Of a stretch of 64,000 bases of DNA, positions 59,343 through 64,000 are shown one piece after another. The notes under the pieces are model-generated. The model was not told the DNA's origin. It searched no databases and worked only from the letters and a program-made list of their open reading frames with translations. A program made the translations under genes and the position numbers. The DNA comes from Flavobacterium sp. (lineage in GTDB: Bacteria > Bacteroidota > Bacteroidia > Flavobacteriales > Flavobacteriaceae): the NCBI RefSeq assembly GCF_043756175.1, contig NZ_JAYURN010000112.1, positions 8,957 to 72,956 of the forward strand, read 5' to 3'. The stretch's first letter is position 1, and each line of letters opens with the position of its first letter.

Positions 59343-59759
59343 ATGCAAGGGGATTTTGAAAAAATATCTCCCGAAATTCAAGCATTATCATATAAAATAA
59401 TTGGTCTTGCAATAGAAGTTCACAGACAACTTGGACCTGGATTATTGGAGTCTGCTTACCAAGAATGTTTGTTTTATGAAATTAAAAAAGCAGGGTTGAA
59501 AGTCGAAAAAGAAAAAGCATTACCTATAGTTTATAAAGAAATTGAAATAAATCAAGGTTACAGAATAGATCTATTAATTGAAGATAAATTGGTTATAGAA
59601 TTAAAAACAGTTGATAATTACACTTCTGTTCACTTTGCGCAGATTTTAACTTATTTAAAATTAGGAAAATATCCACTTGGCCTCTTAATGAATTACAATA
59701 GCATAATTTTAAAAAATAGCATAAAAAGATTTATCAACACTTCATTAATTAAGGAATAA
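59343..59759 (+). CDS. GxxExxY protein (PD-(D/E)XK-like, PDDEXK_3 type)
   Basis: EVHRQLGPGLLESAYQECL, YRIDLLIE, VIELK, AQILTYL, GLLMN; start set at MQGD (59343). Confidence 0.93.
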   Translation: MQGDFEKISPEIQALSYKIIGLAIEVHRQLGPGLLESAYQECLFYEIKKAGLKVEKEKALPIVYKEIEINQGYRIDLLIEDKLVIELKTVDNYTSVHFAQILTYLKLGKYPLGLLMNYNSIILKNSIKRFINTSLIKE

Positions 59760-59764
59760 AAAAA

Positions 59765-59802
59765 CTTAGTGAACCTCTGTGTTTTCTTTGTGAAACTTCG
59801 TG
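59765..59802 (+). repeat. 3' inverted 11-nt-unit array flanking the GxxExxY gene
   Basis: CTTAGTGAACCTCTGTGTTTTCTTTGTGAAACTTCGTG, inverted relative to the 5' array. Confidence 0.7.
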
Positions 59803-59809
59803 AAAAACT

Positions 59810-60583
59810 ATGAAAAAACTATTCAAACTAATACTCAATACCATTCCACGACCTATCTTAATCAGATTGAGTTACGTGGTTCGTCCTGTTTTAGCATTAC
59901 TCCTAAAAGGAAGCAAGTTTACCGATCCAATAGATGGGAAAAGCTTTCGTATGTTCTTGCCTTATGGTTACGGATCACAAAGAAATAATGTGTTATCACC
60001 AAGTACGCTTTCACTAGAAAGACATCGCTTATTATGGTTATACCTTCAAAATGAAACCGATTTTTTCACATCAAAAGACAAAAAAAAAGTACTCCATTTT
60101 GCTCCAGAACAAGCATTTTACAAATTATTTCGAAATCAGAAAAATCTAGATTATACCACAACCGATTTGTTTTCGCCTTTGGCAGATGTAAAAGCAGATA
60201 TTTGCAATTTACCTTTTGATGATAATCAATATGATATCATTTTATGTAATCATGTTCTAGAACATATTCCTGACGATACAAAAGCCATGCAAGAATTATT
60301 TCGAGTTTTGAAACCAAACGGAATGGCAATTCTTCAAATCCCACAAGATTTATCTCGAGCAACCACTTTTTCTGACGATACTATTGTAGACCAAAAAGAA
60401 CGCGCTAAAATATTTGGGCAATACGATCATGTTCGCATTTACGGTCAAGATTATTTTGACAAGCTAAGAAGCATTGGTTTTACAGTCGTTGAAGAAGATT
60501 ATACAAACAAAATAACTCCCGAATTGACAGAAAAATATTGTTTAGCAAAAGGCGAAATTATTCCTGTTTGTTTCAAAAAATAA
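59810..60583 (+). CDS. Class I SAM-dependent methyltransferase
   Basis: VLHFAPE, DICNLPFDD, ILCNHVLEHIPDD, LKPNG. Confidence 0.88.
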   Translation: MKKLFKLILNTIPRPILIRLSYVVRPVLALLLKGSKFTDPIDGKSFRMFLPYGYGSQRNNVLSPSTLSLERHRLLWLYLQNETDFFTSKDKKKVLHFAPEQAFYKLFRNQKNLDYTTTDLFSPLADVKADICNLPFDDNQYDIILCNHVLEHIPDDTKAMQELFRVLKPNGMAILQIPQDLSRATTFSDDTIVDQKERAKIFGQYDHVRIYGQDYFDKLRSIGFTVVEEDYTNKITPELTEKYCLAKGEIIPVCFKK

Positions 60584-60638
60584 AATGGCACAATATTCGT
60601 TCTAAAATCATATATTTACTTTCGTTGAAATTAAAACC

Positions 60639-61892
60639 ATGGCAAAAAAAGTATTTTTCTTTTTTATAACAATCTTTTTTGTGAATTCAGTTATTGGTCA
60701 AACAATTTCCGAAACATATCCACCATTTAATATAAAAACAGTTACTTTCACACAAAGCACAAATAATGTGATTCCGGTTTTTAGATTAGGTGAACAATTT
60801 CAACTTAGTTTCGATGATTTATTTGGCAACGAAGAAGATTATTATTACACCATCGAACAATACAATTATAACTGGACACCAACTATATTATCTAAAAATC
60901 AATACCTCAACGGTACCGATAATCAGAGAATTCAAGATTACGAAAATTCGTTCAATACACTTCAAATTTATTCTCATTACAGACTAAATTTCCCAAATAA
61001 TTATTGCCAAATAACAAAAAGTGGTAATTATCTGGTTACTATCTTTAACAGTAACAAAGAAATCGTATTTACTAAAAAATTTATTGTTTATGAAGACATT
61101 GTCGATGTAGAGATGCAAGTAAAAAGAGCTCGAAATGTTGCCGACAACAGGTACAAACACAATCTTGATTTTAGTATCAAATCAAATCAAATTCTGTTTC
61201 AAAATCCAGTTCAAAACGTAAAAGTTATTTTATTACAAAACGGAAAATGGGATAACGTTATTGTTAACATAAAACCACAATATACTATTGGTAATGATTT
61301 AATTTTTAAATATGATAAGGAAACGCAGTTTTTTGCAGGAAATGAATATTTGTATTTCGATAACAAAGAAATTCGTGCCGCAACAAACACAATAGCCAGA
61401 GTAGATTCTAACAGTGGTTTATACAGCCCGCATTTATATACGGACAGTGCTCGAAAATACAAATCATACACTTTTTATCCTGATATAAACGGAAATTATA
61501 AAGTCCGAAATCTAACCGCTCAAAATAATGAGGTCGAAGCAGATTATTCATGGGTTTATTTCACACTTTTTGCGATAGATTCTCCAGCAAACACAAACAT
61601 TTATGTAACGGGAATGTTTAACAACAATATCCTTTCTGCTGAAAACAAAATGGATTATAATGTTGACAAAGGCATTTTCGAAAAAGCAATTCTAATCAAA
61701 CAAGGATTCACAAATTACAATTACACCATTTTAGATTCGCAAAACAACATTTCCGACAAAGATGCGATCGACGGGAATTTTTACGAAACCGAAAATCAAT
61801 ACACAGCCATTGTTTATTATCGACAAAACGGGGATTTATATGATCGAGTTATTGGTAAAGGCGATGCTAACTCTGTTAATATTACCAACTAA
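60639..61892 (+). CDS. DUF5103 domain protein
   Basis: Signal peptide; LSFDDL, SFNT...YSHY, SGNYL, GNEY, DINGN, KQGFTNY, FYETENQY. Confidence 0.8.
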   Translation: MAKKVFFFFITIFFVNSVIGQTISETYPPFNIKTVTFTQSTNNVIPVFRLGEQFQLSFDDLFGNEEDYYYTIEQYNYNWTPTILSKNQYLNGTDNQRIQDYENSFNTLQIYSHYRLNFPNNYCQITKSGNYLVTIFNSNKEIVFTKKFIVYEDIVDVEMQVKRARNVADNRYKHNLDFSIKSNQILFQNPVQNVKVILLQNGKWDNVIVNIKPQYTIGNDLIFKYDKETQFFAGNEYLYFDNKEIRAATNTIARVDSNSGLYSPHLYTDSARKYKSYTFYPDINGNYKVRNLTAQNNEVEADYSWVYFTLFAIDSPANTNIYVTGMFNNNILSAENKMDYNVDKGIFEKAILIKQGFTNYNYTILDSQNNISDKDAIDGNFYETENQYTAIVYYRQNGDLYDRVIGKGDANSVNITN

Positions 61893-61961
61893 AAAATTAA
61901 CATCTCAATAATACATTTGCTTTTATAAAATTTATAACTTTGTACAAGTAGATAAACAGTT

Positions 61962-62348
61962 ATGGTAATTCAAATTACAAGAGGTATCAAAATCTCAGTC
62001 TTAACAACTTTTGAAGGCACATACTTCAAAAACAACAAAATGCACTTTGCATTCAGCTACCATATTACCATAGAAAATCACAGCAAAGATTCCGTACAAC
62101 TCACAACGAGACACTGGGAAATATATGATGCCTTAAATTATCTAGAAATAGTAGATGGCGAAGGCGTAATAGGCAAAAAACCCGTTCTCAAACCAGGCGA
62201 AACCCATACTTATAGCTCAGGCTGTTTGCTTTGCGCACCATTTGGCACCATGAAAGGATATTTCGAAATGATTAATTTTACCACAACAAAATCATTCAAA
62301 GTAATCGTTCCAGCCTTTAGACTAAATGCGCCATTTGCATTAAATTAG
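61962..62348 (+). CDS. apaG: ApaG protein
   Basis: FSYHITIEN, QLTTRHW, GEGVIGKKP, YSSGC, GTMKG. Confidence 0.93.
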   Translation: MVIQITRGIKISVLTTFEGTYFKNNKMHFAFSYHITIENHSKDSVQLTTRHWEIYDALNYLEIVDGEGVIGKKPVLKPGETHTYSSGCLLCAPFGTMKGYFEMINFTTTKSFKVIVPAFRLNAPFALN

Positions 62349-62536
62349 AAGCCAATCCAGCTGTGCATTACAAACGAAGTTCACTGAACTCCGATTAAAA
62401 TAAAAGTTAGGTGAAGTAATTTTTCTTAACTTGTTTGCTTTTTTCTAAACAAAAAAAGGAGCTCCTATCGTAGCTATTTTTTTACAAGAAACAATGCAAC
62501 AATACATCAAAAAGCTTTCCATTTCCATCTGGGCTA
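62345..62536 (-). mobile_element. TA-bounded palindromic element, longest composite (modules Z and X)
   Basis: Reverse complement TAGCCCAGATGGAAATGGAAAGCTTTTT...GGAGCTCC...AAAAT-[X]-TGTAATGCACAGCTGGATTGGCTTCTA. Confidence 0.6.
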
Positions 62537-62649
62537 AAATCGTATATCGTTTTATAAAATCTCTCATTTTCATTTTGTACTTTTGCAATCAATTATTCAA
62601 TATTTGAATTTATTAATCATTCAATCTATAAATCTTTAAATTAAACCTC

Positions 62650-64000
62650 ATGTTAAAAGGATTTTTTAATATACCAAAAGCGGTAAATGAGCCAGTAAAA
62701 GGTTACGCACCAAATTCACCAGAAAAAGCAAAAGTTTTAGAAGCTTACAAAAAAATGTGGAACGAAACTATCGATGTGCCTTTATATATTGGTTCAGAAG
62801 AAATTTTCACAGGAAACACAAAAAACATGTCGGCGCCACATGATCACCAACACGTTGTTGGAACGTATCATTTAGCTGAAAAATCACATGTAGAAAAAGC
62901 CATTGCCAATGCTTTAGAAAGCAGAACAAAATGGGCGAATATGGCTTGGGAACAACGTGCCGCTATCTTTTTAAAAGCCGCTGAATTAATCGCCGGACCA
63001 TACAGAGCAAAAATAAATGCAGCAACAATGATTGCGCAATCTAAAACGATTCACCAAGCAGAAATTGATGCCTCTTGTGAGTTAATTGACTTTTTACGTT
63101 TCAACGTAGAGTTTATGACACAAATTTATGCAGACCAACCAGCATCCAACTCAGACATGTGGAACAGAGTAGAATACAGACCTTTAGAAGGTTTTGTTTA
63201 CGCTGTAACTCCTTTCAACTTTACAGCTATTGCAGCAAATTTACCTGCGAGTGCAGCGTTAATGGGTAATGTTGTGGTTTGGAAACCAAGTGATAGTCAA
63301 GTATTCTCTGCAAAAATTATTATTGATGTTTTCAAAGAAGCTGGAGTTCCAGACGGTGTAATTAATGTTGTTTTTGGTGATCCAGTTATGATTACAGATA
63401 CGGTTTTAGCTTCACCAGATTTTGCTGGAATTCACTATACAGGTTCGACTTTTATCTTCAAAGAAATTTGGAAAAAAATTGGAGAGAACATTCACAATTA
63501 CAAAACATACCCAAGAATTGTAGGTGAAACTGGTGGAAAAGATTTCATTATCGCACATCCATCAGCTAACGTAAAACAAGTTACAACGGCTATTACTCGT
63601 GGTGCTTTTGAATTCCAAGGTCAGAAATGTTCGGCAGCTTCAAGAGCTTATATTCCACAATCTATGTGGCCAGTAGTTAAAGAGCAATTGATTTCGGATG
63701 TGAATTCTATGAAAATGGGGTCGCCAGAAGATTTTTCAAACTTCATTACAGCAGTTATTCACGAAGGTTCATTTGATAAGTTAGCAGGTTTTATTGACCA
63801 AGCTAAAAAAGATGCTGATGCAGAAATTATCGTGGGTGGAAATTACGACAAATCGAAAGGATATTTTGTAGAACCAACAGTTATTGTCACTACAAATCCC
63901 AAATACGCAACTATGGAAACTGAACTTTTTGGTCCAGTAATGACTATTTATGTGTATGAAGATGAAAACTGGTCAGAAACTCTAAAATTAGTTGATACTA
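62650..64000 (+). CDS. pruA: Delta-1-pyrroline-5-carboxylate dehydrogenase, 3' end beyond window
   Basis: Manual translation MLKGFFNIPKAVNEPVKGYAP..., PFNFTAI, WKPS, FTGS-type YTGS, GETGGK, FEFQGQKCSA, ELFGP. Confidence 0.93.
   Translation, partial: MLKGFFNIPKAVNEPVKGYAPNSPEKAKVLEAYKKMWNETIDVPLYIGSEEIFTGNTKNMSAPHDHQHVVGTYHLAEKSHVEKAIANALESRTKWANMAWEQRAAIFLKAAELIAGPYRAKINAATMIAQSKTIHQAEIDASCELIDFLRFNVEFMTQIYADQPASNSDMWNRVEYRPLEGFVYAVTPFNFTAIAANLPASAALMGNVVVWKPSDSQVFSAKIIIDVFKEAGVPDGVINVVFGDPVMITDTVLASPDFAGIHYTGSTFIFKEIWKKIGENIHNYKTYPRIVGETGGKDFIIAHPSANVKQVTTAITRGAFEFQGQKCSAASRAYIPQSMWPVVKEQLISDVNSMKMGSPEDFSNFITAVIHEGSFDKLAGFIDQAKKDADAEIIVGGNYDKSKGYFVEPTVIVTTNPKYATMETELFGPVMTIYVYEDENWSETLKLVDT

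Noticed and set aside
1-64000. tRNA, rRNA, prophage, IS transposase
   Set aside because: No cloverleaf, rRNA-like segment, phage structural/integrase gene or DDE/HUH transposase ORF recognised by eye; a tRNAscan/ISEScan run would confirm

Overview
AT-rich Flavobacterium-like (Bacteroidota) chromosomal window. It is mostly core genome: dinB, pheS, rpoN, asnS, frr-pyrH, tsf-rpsB-rpsI-rplM, nrdA-nrdB, rimP-nusA-infB, map, apaG and a partial pruA. Accessory genes include a Crp/Fnr-hydrolase-FISUMP block, three T9SS cargo-type genes plus an orphan CTD remnant, a hybrid sensor/AraC divergon, a TetR-ABC-HlyD-TolC cluster, a DUF433-like gene and a GxxExxY gene. No rRNA, tRNA, CRISPR array, prophage or transposase was seen. 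The most notable signals are non-coding. (1) A GxxExxY (PD-(D/E)XK-like) gene is bracketed by inverted 11-nt-unit arrays; solo arms occur elsewhere and gene-less inverted short-unit hairpins sit inside housekeeping operons. (2) Seven copies of a TA-bounded palindromic element carry nested modules, one of which appears at the same target motif in either arm. (3) An orphan BatE-like 3' fragment starts about 40 nt after the rpoN stop, a possible rearrangement or assembly junction. All alignments and counts were done by eye; family calls rest on recognised motifs, not database searches.
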